Source: Octopus vulgaris (Eukaryota). From it: a DNA stretch of 64,000 nt. Positions 1 to 12,844 of this stretch are shown piece after piece. The first letter of the stretch is position 1, and each line of letters begins with the position of its first letter. A program made the position numbers and the translations under genes. The DNA lies in assembly GCA_951406725.2 (NCBI GenBank), contig OX597833.1, forward strand, positions 41,292,001 to 41,356,000, given 5' to 3'. The notes under the pieces were generated by a model. It did not search any database, had not been told where the DNA came from, and saw only the letters and a program-made list of their open reading frames with translations.

Positions 1-1847
1 TACTTAATTTATCGACCCTGAAAGGATGAAAGGCAAAGTCGACCTCGGCGGAATTTGAACTCACAACGTAACAGCAAACGAAATACAGCTACGATATTTT
101 GCCTGGCATGCTAACGTTTCTGCCAGCTCGCTGCCTTAAAATTATATTGACCCCCTACCACATATGGCGTAGTGTTTAAGAGCGAGGGCTACTAACCCCA
201 AGATTCCGAGTTCGATTCCAAGCAGTGACCTAAACAACAACAACAACAACGGTGGCGGCAGAGGGAACCTGTGAAAAAGTTAGGCCCAGGAAGACATAGG
301 ATGTGGTGAAGCATGATCTTCAAGTGTTGGGCCTCAAGGAGGCAATGACTAGTGACCGAGACCTAGCGATATGCTGTGCTTGAGAAGACCCGTCAAGCCA
401 AGTGAAATCATAGTATTGGCCAATGCCAGTGTCATGTAGCCGGTACCCATGCCAGTGGCATATAAAAAGCACCCTTTGAGCACTGGGCCTTATGGAGGCA
501 ATGTGGCTGATGCTGGTGTTGGGTAACTAGCACTTGTGCCAGTGTTACCTAACTAGCACCTTTCAAGTGATGGGCCTCACAGAGGCAATGACAAATGACC
601 AAGACCTTTGGCAATATGCCATGCTTGAGTAGAAGCCCAATCAAGCCAAGTGAAATCGTAATCATGACAGATACTGGAGTCACGCAACTGGCACCCATGC
701 CAGTGGCACATAAAAGCACCCATTACACTCTCAGAGTGGTTGGTGTTAGGAAGTGCATCCAGCTATAGAAACCATGCCAAATCAGACAGGAGTCTGTGTA
801 GCCCATCAGCTTGTCAGCACTGGTCAAACCGTCCAACCCATGCCTGCATGGACAAGAGATGTTAAATGATGATGACAACGATGATTGATCCACACTCACA
901 CACACACACACATCAGCAGCAGAAGCATCATTTGATATCCTCTTTCTAAACTAGCATAAACTGGAGGGTTCAACTGGAACTGGCAAGCCAGAAGACTACA
1001 CCACTCCCTGCTGTCTGCTTTAGATATGGTCTCTATCGTTGGATGCCCTTCTTAATGCCAGCCACTTTACTGAGTGTACTGGGTGCTTTTTTATGCGGCA
1101 CCAGCAACGGTGAGGTCACCAAGTAACTTACAAAACAAGATCTCTCGATGGAAGGGGAGAGAAGTAGTATTGACAGACAGAAAAAAAGAGTCTTGCATTA
1201 GAGGGGGAAACATGGCTGCCTCAGCTGGAGAGAGAAAGAGAGAGGGAAGATGGGATGGGAAGGTGGGTGGGAGTGAGTGAATGGACTGGGGATTGGGGAG
1301 GGTGAGCTTATAAGATTGCAAAAGGAGAGTGGCAATTTGGAGGGAGCAGGGAACATCAACCAAATCGTCTAACAAGGCTCTGGTCAGCCCAACACTAAAG
1401 CAGAAGACAATTGTCCAAATTACTGCACAATGGAATTGAACCTGAGACCACATGGTTGGAAAGCAAGAATCTCAACCAAAGAGCCACAACTGCACTTTTG
1501 GCCATGCTTGATTTTTTTCTTTTTTCCAGCAGGTTAAGCAATAACCCAATTTACAGCATGTGTTTGCCAAATGTTGTCTGAAGGAATGCTTGGTATTAGG
1601 AATAGCTGCATTATTTACATAACTATATAGATTTTAGACAAATCTAGAATGTGGAAAAGAACAGTGGAAAATTGTATAAAAACAAAACAAATTTATTATG
1701 AATATTTTGAATTTCTTTTCTATTTGGAACGAGGTTCTCCTTTAGCTATTATTTAACCTATTTTGCTTTGGTATACTTCAGCAAAAAATATCTTCATTTT
1801 GATGACAGTAAGTATACTTCAACAAATTATGAAGCCGTTCGCTAAAA

Positions 1848-1919
1848 CCCGAATTAGCTTAGTTGAGAGAGTACAAGACTGAGATCTAAAGGTCCCTGGT
1901 TCAATCTTGGATTTCAGCA
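1848..1919 (+). pseudogene. tRNA-Phe(GAA) pseudogene
   Basis: CCCGAATTAGCTTAGTTGAGAGAGTACAAGACTGA-GATCTAAAGGTCCCTGGTTCAATCTTGGATTTCAGCA aligns to the eukaryotic tRNA-Phe consensus, with stem mismatches and a 1-nt deletion in the anticodon loop. Confidence 0.8.
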
Positions 1920-2165
1920 TACTGAAGAACATCTGATTTGTTCTTGAAATTATCTTTTATTTGTTTCAGCCATTGGACTGTGGTCATGCTGGAGTACTGC
2001 CTTCGAGTGTTTTAAGTGAACAGATTGACCCCAGTACTTACTTTTTAAGTCTGGTACTTATGCTATTGTTCACTTCTGCCAAACTGTTAAGCTACAAGAA
2101 TGTAAACAAACCAACACTAGTTCCCAAGTGGTGGCGAGTAGGACAAACAGTCACAAACACACACA

Positions 2166-2223
<58 letters not shown>

Positions 2224-2226
<3 letters not shown>

Positions 2227-2560
2227 TCATCATCATCATTTAGCGTCCGCTTTCCATGCTAGCATGGGTTGGACGGTTCAACTGGGGTCTGTGAAGCCAG
2301 AAGGCTGCATCAGGCCCAGTCTGATCTGGCAGTGTTTCTACGGCTGGATGCCCTTCCTAACGCCAACCACTCCGTGAGTGTAGTGGGTGCTTTTTACGTG
2401 CCACCCGCGCAGGTGCCAGACGGAGCTGGCAAACGGCCACGGACGGATGGTGCTTTTTACGTGCCACCGGCACAGGGCCAGGCGAGGCTGGCAACGGCCA
2501 CGAACGGATGGTGCTTTTTACGTGCCACCAGCACGAGGCCAGTCGGGGCGGCGCTACCAC
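2224..2560 (-). mobile_element. SINE family C with RTE-like 3' end and (GAT)n tail
   Basis: GGAAGGGCATCCAGC..CCGTCCAACCCATGCTAGCATGGAAAGCGGACGTTAAA(TGA)n. Copies at about 700-880, 4960-5275, 6850-7290, 7400-7600, 18920-19090, 42510-42890 and 43218-43440; internal GTGCCACCGGCAC subrepeats. Confidence 0.85.
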
Positions 2561-2758
2561 CCCTTAAACCGTTCCCATCCCAAAATGAGACAAATAACCA
2601 AGAAATCAAACAACTTTTTCGCATTTCAGCTTTATAGATGATGCAATTCTCTTATTTGAATTTTTAAATCTTTCAAAGATTTGCTTAAGAAACAAACAGT
2701 TTAAAATCAAGAAATGCTCTCAGAAAGTAAAATGGATAGAAAACATAACAATATAAAC

Positions 2759-2823
2759 CTTTTCTTAGACTGAGTTAGCAGAGTCTTTTGAGTCAACCTG
2801 TCCCGCTTTTGCTGTTTCTGGTA
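2759..2823 (-). CDS. Probable downstream exon of the PROSER3-like gene
   Basis: tttttattttcag| acceptor; read in phase 0 it gives YQKQQKRDRLTQKTLLTQSKK, with a possible AAG|gtttat donor. Unique sequence among repeats; frame and end are uncertain. Confidence 0.45.
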
Positions 2824-3114
2824 CTGAAAATAAAAATTGTATCTGTATAAAAATATATACATGTGTAGGTCTATCTGCATGTGTGTGTGTGTATACATAC
2901 AAAGACACGTATCTATACAATATTCTTGTGATACTGTGTATATGTGTGCATGTACATATGCAAACACACACATACAGATTTGTATGCATACTATATGTTT
3001 GTGATTGTGTGTGCATGTACAGATACAAACACATGCATGAGTACTATATTTTTGTGATATTGTGTGTCTGTGTGTCTGTGTGTGTGTGTGTGCGTGCGTG
3101 CATGCACGCATATA

Positions 3115-3650
3115 CAGTAATACCTCATTTCACAAGGACCCACTTTATGAGACCTCGGATTTACAAGTTTTATTTTTCAAGCACAAGATCCAAATTTTGA
3201 ACGGAGTGCAAAAGTTTCTACAACCGTAACAAATGCTTGTGTGTGTTACTGAGAAATTTATAGAGAGTGAAAAAAAGCTTCTTCAAAGCAAGCAATTCTA
3301 GACTTATTTCATTTTGGGATTTGGTTTGCAAGATTCTTTATATGAGTCTGTGTGTTGAAGCATATTCTGTTGTGTTTGGGGAGAGTCATTTTCTTTTTTT
3401 TGTGAACTTATAATTTAATGCACTCACCGGTAAAATTTCCACTTATTTCTTATTTTTATTTTCCTAAAATTTTCGTTGCATCTTGCAACCTTTTCAATAA
3501 TTCTACTGTTGTTTTATTGGCATTTATTTATGAGTATTATGAATTTTATAGGTAAAATATTTTTCTGGGAACGAATTATAATTTCTGACTATGGGAAATT
3601 GTTGCTCTGATTTACAAGGTTTACGAGACTTGCATATAGAGGCATTACTG
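3115..3650. mobile_element. Tigger/pogo-like MITE with nested repeat fragment
   Basis: Imperfect TIRs CAGTAATACCTC / GAGGCATTACTG, left end preceded by TA. Internal 3420-3500 matches the repeat at about 51345-51425. Confidence 0.6.
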
Positions 3651-3829
3651 TGTATATACAAACATACAAAATGCACACATCTGAATGCATGCTATATATT
3701 TATGATTGTGTGTGTGTATGTAAACAGAAAGAAGACTGCAGTATTGGTATGCATGCATCAACCACTCATCATACGTACGTGTGTGTGCACATGCATGTGT
3801 GAGTGTGTATGTCTGCATGTCTTTCTGTA

Positions 3830-4319
3830 CTGTAAATCTTCGAGTATAGTCCGCCCTTGAGTATAATACGCAGGGGATTTTTAGGAGGTTGTACCTCTGA
3901 AAAACCTAAACCTTGTGTATAATATGCACCCCTTCTCTAACTTGAGTTGTGCGTAATTAAGCCAGCAGCACCTAGTTGAACAAACACTTCCGCGCATGCG
4001 TAATACAATAATGGTAATGTTCTTAACTGTTATATGGGAATGTAAATATGTTTGCAAATTGGTTTTGTTATGTTATTCTGTGTTCTGAATACTTTTATTT
4101 TAATAAATGTTGCTTACTGCAAGTTATAGATGATTCTTCATTAGCTTAAGGTATTTTTGCACCTAACATCACAAAATGCGTCTGAATAAACATTGCAAAT
4201 AGAGACTCGGACATTGCTTAGAAAATATTTTTCATTTTTAACCTTGTATATAGTACGCTTTTAAATTTTGACCTTTAAATTTTGGGGAAAAAATGCGAAT
4301 TATACTCAAAGATTTACGG
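3830..4319. mobile_element. Tc1/mariner-superfamily (pogo/Tc2-like) MITE
   Basis: TIRs CTGTAAATCTTCGAGTATAGTCCGC / GCGAATTATACTCAAAGATTTACGG, each flanked by TA. Confidence 0.78.
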
Positions 4320-6180
4320 TATGCATGTGTTCAAAATGATATGTTTATACAAAACAAATTCCATAAAAACAAAGTGTTGACATTTTTTTTTTCCTTTTTT
4401 AATAAGTATGCATGCTCGTCAATTTTGTTACAAATACCAACCATATTCTGCAATATTTTTACTCTTTCTTCCTCCACCACCTTCTCACTTCTCTCACTCT
4501 GGTTTGCCTCCACTTACTCTCCTCTCTATTACCCTCTTGCTCTAGTTCTCTTTCTTCACTCTCTCTTGTCACAGATGAGACAACCCGCTATTAATGGTGA
4601 GCGTCAAATGGAGACAACACAGGCAAGAAAGAAGTCTTTAATCTTACAGCAGACAAAACAGCCTTTCTGATATTGGTACCATGATAAACTGCACCCAGTA
4701 CACTCTGCAATATGTGTACTGACAAATGAACAAACTAGTGTAGAAAAGGCTCTTAGTCTTGCTCAGAATATGATAATCTCCCTGGTTTTGGTGCTACAAT
4801 AAACTGCAGCCAGTATACTTAGTATTTCAGTTGGCAATAGAAAGATATGCCAGAAAGGGAATGTATAAACAAGATGCAATCCCTAGGAGACCTATTGAGT
4901 CAAGTACATCAACATCTAAATAAATACCAAATGGAAATTGTAGTTGTGATACCTGTGCTGGTGGCACTTAAAAAGCACCATCTAAATGTGGCCGATGCCA
5001 GCGCAGCCTTGACTGGCTTCTGTGCCAGTGGCACGTAAAAAGCACCAACTGATCGTGGCCGCTGCCAGCCTTCCCTGGCACCTATGCCGGTGGCACATAA
5101 AGAGCACCCACTACACTCACGGAGTGGCTGACGTTAGAAAGGGCATCCAGCTGTAGAAACACTGCCAGATCAGACTGGAGCCTGGTGCAGCCTCCTGGCT
5201 TCCCAGACCCCGGTCGAACCGTCCAACCCATGCTAGCACAGAAAACGGATGTTAAACGATGATGATGATGATGACCATAATAACCTAGTCAATCCATGCC
5301 AGCTTGGAAAAAAGCAACATGGAATGAGGATGAGGACAACGATGATACACATCATCATCATCATTATTTTAATGTCTACTTTTCCATGCTTGCATGAATC
5401 AGACAAGAGTATCCTGGAGCAGAGTTTTCTATGGCTGGATGCCCTTCCTGTTGCCAACCCCACACAATTGTTTCCAAGCAAATTAATTTCCCAGTCTATT
5501 AAACAGACTGGATGAGTTTGAGTGGAGAACTAGAAACACATGGCATCTTTATGAAGAAGCCTTTTGTTTACAAAGATTGTAAAACACATCAAGAATCCCA
5601 GATATGCTTTCACAGCTACCTGCAAGCAGATGACACCATCACCTAAGCTATTGAGTGCAACCAGCATGTGAACACATGTGTGAAGTTGAGAAAAGTACAA
5701 ACTTCTCTCTCAACACACTTCTCACACAAACACACTTCTTTCTCTCTCACACACACACAGTCACAAACACACACATGATTTCATGTTCAATCTCTGTGGG
5801 ATTGTACCTGAAATTGTGTCGTTGGGAATTGAACTTCTTAACCACTCAGCCATGCTCATATATAGTCTCCAACATAATATGCCAGAAAAGAAGACAAATC
5901 GGTCATGCACAAAAGTGGTTGCACCAAACAGTGACATGACTCAGCTTTTTTCATTCTATGAAACAGAGAATTAGCAAAATTGAAGACAACACTACACTTA
6001 CAATCAAAAGGCGTAGGAGTGGCTATGTGGTAAGTAGCTTGCTTACCAACCACATAGTTCCAGGTTCAGTCCCACTGCATGGCTCCTTGGGCAAGTGTTT
6101 TCCACTATAGCCTCTGGCCAACCAAACTCTTGTGAGTGGATTTGGTAGACGGAAACTGAAAGAAGCCCGTCGTATATATG

Positions 6181-6211
<31 letters not shown>

Positions 6212-6748
6212 TTGTGTCTGTGTATGTCCCCACAAAATCGCTTGACAACCGATGGTGATGTGTTTACGTCCCCGTAACTTTGCAGTTCGGCGAAAGAGGC
6301 CGATAGAATAAGTACTAGGCTTACAAAGAATAAGTCCTGGGGTCGATTTGCTCGACTAAAGGCGGTGCTCCAGCATGGCCACAGTCACACGACTGAAACA
6401 AGTAAAAGAGTACTTTCATCTTCAATTCTGCCCACCTCTGACACCAGCAGGAATAAGGTAATCATCATCATCATCACCATCATCATGGTTTTAATGTACA
6501 CTCTTCCATACTTGCATGGTCCAGACAGAGTTTACTGAGGCAGAGGTTGTATATAGCTGGATGTCCTTCAAGTCACCAACACTCACCTGTTTCCAAGCAA
6601 GGCAACATTTTTCCCATGCCCAGACATGTTTTTGCAGAATATTGGAACTGAAGGACACTGCTTACATGACAGAAACATCCGTTTGCAACTATCAAGACAA
6701 GGAAACCCAAACACACACATATATAAATACATATATATCTGAGTGTGC

Positions 6749-6803
<55 letters not shown>

Positions 6804-7832
6804 GTATACATATATATATATATATAATGTATACATATATGTATATATATCATCATCATCATCATCGTTTAATGTCCGCTTCCCATGCTGGCATGGATTG
6901 GACAGTTTGACTGAGGAATGGCAAGCCAGATGGCTGTACCAGGATCCAATCTGGTCTGGCAGATTTTCTACAGCTGGATGCCCTTCCAAGAGTATAGTGG
7001 GTGCTTTTACATGCCACTGGCATGAGGGCCAGTCAGACGGTACTGGTAACGGCCATGCTCAAAAGATGTTTTTTATGTGCCACCTGCACAGGAGCCAGTC
7101 CAGCAGCACTGGCAACGACCTCGCTCAAATGTTGTCTTTCACGTGCCACTGGCACAAGTACCAGTAAGGTGACACTGGTAACAATCACACACGAATGGTG
7201 CTTTTTACATGCCACCAGCATGGGAGCCAGTGAGCAGCCCTGGCAATTATCACGTTCGGATGGTGCTCTTAGCGCTCCACTAACACGGATGCCAGTTTGA
7301 TTTATAAACAATACATATCCATATATATACAAGTCTCTTCAAGGTTTTGGTTCAAAAGACAGATGAAATTTCATATAAAAGGAATACATATATATCAACA
7401 TCATCATCATCATCATTTAGCATCCGCTTTCCATGCTAGCATGGGTTGGACGGTTCAACTGGGGTATGGGAAGCCAGAAGGCTGCACCAGGCCCAGTCTG
7501 ATATAGCAATGTTTCTACGGCTGGATGCCCTTCCTAACGCCAACCACTCCATGAGTGTAGTGGGTGCTTTTTACGTGCCACCAGCACAGGTGCCAGACAG
7601 GGCTGATGAACAGCCTATATATATATATGATGAGCTTCTTTCGGTTTCTATTTACCAAGTTTACATGCAAGGGTTTGGTCAGCCCAGGGCTATAATAGAA
7701 GACACTTGCCCAAAATGTCATACAGCGAGACTGAACTTGAAACCATGTGGTCAGGAAGCAAACTTCTTAGCCACACAGCCACGCCAGCACTTATAGATGC
7801 AAAAATAAGAAAAAAGAAACTAAATTTAATAC

Positions 7833-8022
7833 CTGAGGAACAGAAGATTCTTGAGCCAAACCAACAATCTGACCTATGTTGTCATCTGAAGAACTGTCAG
7901 CCTGCCTTGGAGATGCAACCTCACTGTCAGAGTCTAGCCACCAAAATTCCTTCCCTCTGGATGTGTGACTGATGCGTTGTGTTCTGCTCTGTGGTTCACC
8001 ATAGCGGAACCGAGAAATGTAT
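7833..8022 (-). CDS. PROSER3: PROSER3-like (proline and serine-rich protein 3-like) internal exon
   Basis: cccag|YISRFRYGEPQSRTQRISHTSRGKEFWWLDSDSEVASPRQADSSSDDNIGQIVGLAQESSVPQ|gtatta. YIxRFRxxxPxSRxxR...FWWL is the conserved PROSER3 block as I recall it; not searched. Confidence 0.78.
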
Positions 8023-8127
8023 CTGGGTGTGGGGGGGAAATAAAAAGGCACAAACACACATACAGGTATATAAACTGCTAGGAAAACAAATCTGCTGAAA
8101 CAAATTTTGGTTCCTTATACTACTATT

Positions 8128-8380
8128 TGTTGATGATGATGATGATGATGATGATGATGACGGCGGCGGCGGCGGCGGTGGTGGTGGTGGTGGTGGTGAG
8201 GGGGAGTGTGAGGGGGAGGTAGGAGGAGTAGGGGAGGGGAGGATAAGGAGGAGGAGGAAGGGAAGTGAGGAGGAGGACGGGGAAGTGAGGAGGAGGGGGA
8301 AGTGAGGAGGAGGAGGGGGAGTGCAGAAGGGGACGAGGAGAAGGAGCGGGAGGAGGGGAGGGGGTGAAAGTGGAAAGTGG
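8128..8380 (+). repeat. Compound (GAT)n(CGG)n(GGT)n microsatellite plus polypurine tract
   Basis: Read directly from the sequence; lies in the intron between the two core PROSER3-like exons. Confidence 0.9.
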
Positions 8381-8575
8381 TAAATGAGATAACATAAGAC
8401 CTAATAGCTTTTCATTATAAGATGACACAGCAAGACCATGAAGTGAAATAATGTTACACCTGAGAGTAAGATACATTAAGACTAAAGAAAATAGTAAGAG
8501 AGTGTTAAACCAGAAAATAAGATGGTATGATGGTGTTAGAACAGAGACTAAGACAAAGTAAGACCAAGAAGTTAC

Positions 8576-8652
8576 CTTGACAAAACAGAACCACGCAAAA
8601 CGGTATCTTCATCATCATGAGCAGATTCTTCATCTTTTTCTTCATCAAACAT
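8576..8652 (-). CDS. PROSER3: PROSER3-like exon (coding part, from first in-frame ATG)
   Basis: MFDEEKDEESAHDDEDTVLRGSVLS+AG|gtaact splices in frame to give SVLSR-YISRFR (PROSER3 SVVAKYINRFR-like). The strong acceptor at 8705-8706 is followed by an in-frame TGA before this ATG. Confidence 0.68.
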
Positions 8653-9709
8653 CCTGCTTAAATGTCTGGTTTGATTAGATCATCTGGAGCATGTTCTCAA
8701 ATGTCTGTAAAGAAAATTACCAACAGGATCACACATACATAGTAGTCAAACCACAGTAGAGATAATCACAAGTGTGTACAAAGCAGTTAGTAGATAGGAG
8801 GAGATGGTTCAAAACCAGTTTGATACAAAAAATTTCTAACTCCAGATGAAAATGTCCTTGAATAAAACAGATAATCAATTTCAACAAAGCATCTATAAGT
8901 GATATTGTTGAAACGCTATCATTCTGGTAGAAGGGAAAGAGCACATAGCTAACTAACTGGCACTCTGTCAATTATGACAATGAGTGTTCCAGCTGATCCA
9001 ATCAATGGAACAGCTTTACGTTCTGAGTTCAAATTCCGCCGAGGTCGACTTTGCCTTTCATCCTTTCAGGGTCGATAAATTAAGTACCAGTTACGCACTG
9101 GGGTCGATGTAATTGACTTAATCCGTTTGTCTGTCCTTGTTTGTCCCCTCTCTGTTTAGCCCTTTGTGGGCAATAAAGAAATAAGAAACTGTGGGACCAC
9201 ATGGAGCAGCACCCACAACCAAAAGCCCTAGAGGACGACCTAGATACTTAGCTTTTGGTAAATGAAGGAGTTTGATGGTAAGTTCAATTCCATGGCATGG
9301 CATCTTAGGCAGGTGTGTTCTATTCTAGATATGGGCTGGCCATAGCCTTGAGAGTGGATTTGGTAAACAGAAACTGAAAAACGCCCATTGTGAATGTGTT
9401 TGTGTGTGTGTGTGCACGCATTTGTGTTTGTATATTACTGTCTCTTTTCCTTGACATCATTTGATAATTGCAAATGAAAGTCTCCATCATGCAAGCAGTG
9501 TTCTTCATTCCCAACTCTGCTGTTTCTCACCATGGAGAAATATTACCTTATTTGGAAACAGGTGAGGGCCGGTAGCTGGATTGGTATCTGGCAGTACAAA
9601 ATCCATCTCAACAAAATTATGTCTGACCCATAGAAAAATGAACGCTACGATGATGATGATAATGATATATATACATACATATATATATACAGACATGTAT
9701 ATACAAATA

Positions 9710-10877
9710 CGAGGGGCGTTCAATAAGTAATGCCCCTGACCCACTTCCCATAGCAGTAGAGCAACAACACTTGGCACAGTTATTAGTCTTTTCCTACATA
9801 GGAACTACCCAGAGTTATGCATTTCTCCCATCGTTTGATACAGCTCTGGAGACCGTTTTTGTAGAAGACCCCAGCTTGGTCCTCCAACCACGACATGACT
9901 TCAGAAATCAAGGCTGCATCATCTGGGAAACGCTTTCCTTTCAAAATCAACTTCATGGCTGGGAAGAGGTGAAAATCAGAGGGTGCAAGGGGAGGAGTTC
10001 ATAGCTGCACGCCTGTGCTTCTGATCTGGCGACACGCGAGTTGTGGACCGGAGCGTTGTCCTGCAGGAGGAGGATGCCTTTGCTGATCTTGCCCTGCCTC
10101 TTGATTTTGATAGCTTCTCTTAATTTCCTCAAAAGTGAAGTATAATAGGCTCCTGTAATTGTGGTACCCTTTGCCAGGAAATCTGTCATCACTACTCAGT
10201 CCTGGTCCCAGAAGACTGTGAGCATAACCTTGTCAGCGGAGGGCTGCACCCTTGCCTTCTTTGGAGGAGGTGAGTCACGGTGCTTCCACTGCATTGATTG
10301 GGTTTTGGTCTATGGATCATAGTGATGGACCCAGGTTTTCTGGAAAGGTGTGAGCAACCTGGAAATCCATCTGGCAGACACCTTTTGCATATGCAAATGG
10401 TCATTCCACAGACCCAGTACTAATCTTGACCTTATGGGCTATTTGGCGAATAGTTATGCGTTGACCTTCCAAAATGGCAGCCTCAACTTGACGGACAGAC
10501 GTCTCATCAACGGCAGAAGGGGGCGACCAGATCTGGGAGCTGTTTCCACAGAGTTCCGACTATGTTTGAAATCACAATGCCAACGTTTTACAAGGTCATA
10601 TGATGGGGCATCATCACCATAAGTTACTTTCATTTCATGAAAAGTCTCCCGTGGTGTGCGTCCTTTCAAATACAAAAACCAGATCACTGCTCGACACTCA
10701 ACAGGCTCCATTTCACACTTGACTCAGTTCAAACACCTGTAAATCAGAAACCACAATTAGTTCAGAGCTGTAATTCGCCACTTAATCTATAGAGGTATAA
10801 ATAAGTGCACATGCAAAATTTCAGCTAGATCAAACAACTGCAAGTGGGTCAGGGGCATTACTTATTGAACGCCCCTC

Positions 10878-10878
<1 letters not shown>
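9710..10878 (-). mobile_element. Mariner (Tc1/mariner) transposon, defective
   Basis: Perfect 37-bp TIRs CGAGGGGCGTTCAATAAGTAATGCCCCTGACCCACTT with TA on both sides. Frameshifted transposase on the - strand from 10711 (MEPVECRAVIWFLYLKG..PRSGRP, TITGAYY, LLLQDNAPVH). Confidence 0.95.
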
Positions 10879-10940
<62 letters not shown>

Positions 10941-10951
10941 GACATGTTTAT

Positions 10952-10990
<39 letters not shown>

Positions 10991-11003
10991 TGTATATACA
11001 TAC

Positions 11004-11047
<44 letters not shown>

Positions 11048-12400
11048 ATCTAGACATATGCATACATACATATATACATACATAGAGAGAGAGAGCTATA
11101 TACAGGTAAATATAAACATGTATATAGATATACACACATACATATATATGTACATATATTTCTATCTTTTATGCTGGAGTACCAGCTTGAAAGCTTTTAA
11201 TCAAATGAATTGAACCCAGTACTTATTTATAAGCTTGGTACTTATAAATAACCAACACCTGTTATCAAACGGTGGTGTCGTCGACCAAGGGCTATAGTAG
11301 AAGACACTTGTTTAAGGCGCCACTCAATGGAAATGAACCTGGAACCATGTGGTTATAAACACATTCAACCCAAGCAAATTGTGCAAAATAAACAAAATCT
11401 TTTAAAAATCTTGACCGTAACAATCGGAAGGAAAACGTAAAAACGCGAAAAGCAACTGAGATCAGAAAGTGAACGAAACAGTGCAAGGGAGATAACTCTA
11501 AATAACTGATCGAGATCTTTTGGAAATGATACTATTACGAGATCACACATTTACAGGACATCATACGATGAACCAACGATAGAACCTTTGCATGGACGAT
11601 CGAGTTGCTAGAAATAGCAGCTAAAACACCTTTTAATCACACCCCACCATCTAAAATATGGAAGAGAACGCACTGGCTGACATAGTTTTATATATACACA
11701 CACACAAGCATGTATCTGTCTCATACACTGTTTGCTGTCCAGACATTTGTACATTACTGCACATACTTTATATGCACTTTTTGACAAGTTGTGGTGCACG
11801 TGAGCACTGTATACAATAATTTCATTATTATTTTTTTTTTTTTTTAAAGTACGATTTCTCTTGGCTGGAATGTCTTTACAAAAAGGTTTGCTTAAGCAAG
11901 TTTGATCCAACAACTATGTGACATTAAATATTTCTTTCAAATATTACAATATTTAATTCCTTAATATTGTCGACATGTATACTACGTTGATTACGATACC
12001 AATGCAGATCAGATTCTTCACATTCTCCCCAATCTTCATTCAAAATGTTAAGACAAAAGGAAGGAGAAATAAAATATAGATTCTCCTGCTCAAGGCTTTG
12101 CAAGTTTCTTTAAGTTTCCATACAACAGCCTTGAAATTAAACTCTCATTTTCAGTAAATCTGAACCCCCGCCCTCCACACACACACCCAATGAGTTAAGG
12201 CATATTACACTGTGTAATACAATTTTTGTTCTTGGGTGGCAGCTATTATTTCCTTTTTGTTTACCCCCAGAAAGGATTGAAAATGGCTAATATTTCCTTC
12301 AAACTTTGCTTACCTCCAACTTTTCTTCTCTTGGACAACTAGAAGTAAAATGAACAGTTGAGCATATGGTTCCTGTATTTATACTGCTAGCTATGTTGCC

Positions 12401-12470
12401 AGAACGTTCTAGAAATTCTTGAAACTTTTCGAAAGTTTTTGAAACTTCTAGAAAGTCCTAGAAAATTCTG
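12401..12470. promoter_or_regulatory. Tandem heat-shock-element (nGAAn/nTTCn) array
   Basis: aGAAcgTTCtaGAAaTTCttGAAacTTTtcGAAagTTTttGAAacTTCtaGAAagTCCtaGAAaaTTCtg. Confidence 0.55.
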
Positions 12471-12801
12471 CTTCGGCAAATCAGTGCTGAATCTGTCTGA
12501 AATGTAATCGAAAATAATTCAGTATCTAAACATTGATGTCCAAGTCATAAAACCAAAGTTTGAAAGGAATAGTAATAATTTTCTTTGATATCTAGAAAGA
12601 AGCAAATAGGAAATAACACTTACTAACCAAAAAAAAAAAATATTAAAATTTTGTTACAAGGCGCAGGAGTGCACATGGTTCCGGGTTCAGTCCCACTGCG
12701 TGGCATCTTGGGCAAGTGTCTTCTGCTATAGCCCCAGGCCGACCAATGCCTTGTGAATGGATTTGGTAGATGGAAACTGAAAGAAGCCTGTCGTATATAT
12801 G

Positions 12802-12844
<43 letters not shown>

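Noticed and set aside
160-232. tRNA-like sequence
   Set aside because: A and B boxes are present but there is no proper acceptor stem, and (AAC)n follows; it is better explained as a SINE head.
1091-1453. 120-aa minus-strand ORF as a further exon
   Set aside because: It starts within a SINE fragment and runs through a low-complexity pyrimidine tract; I see no convincing splice sites or homology.
4574-4670. Plus-strand acceptor plus short ORF (MRQPAINGERQ..)
   Set aside because: It has no partner exons or recognisable protein and probably belongs to an old repeat.
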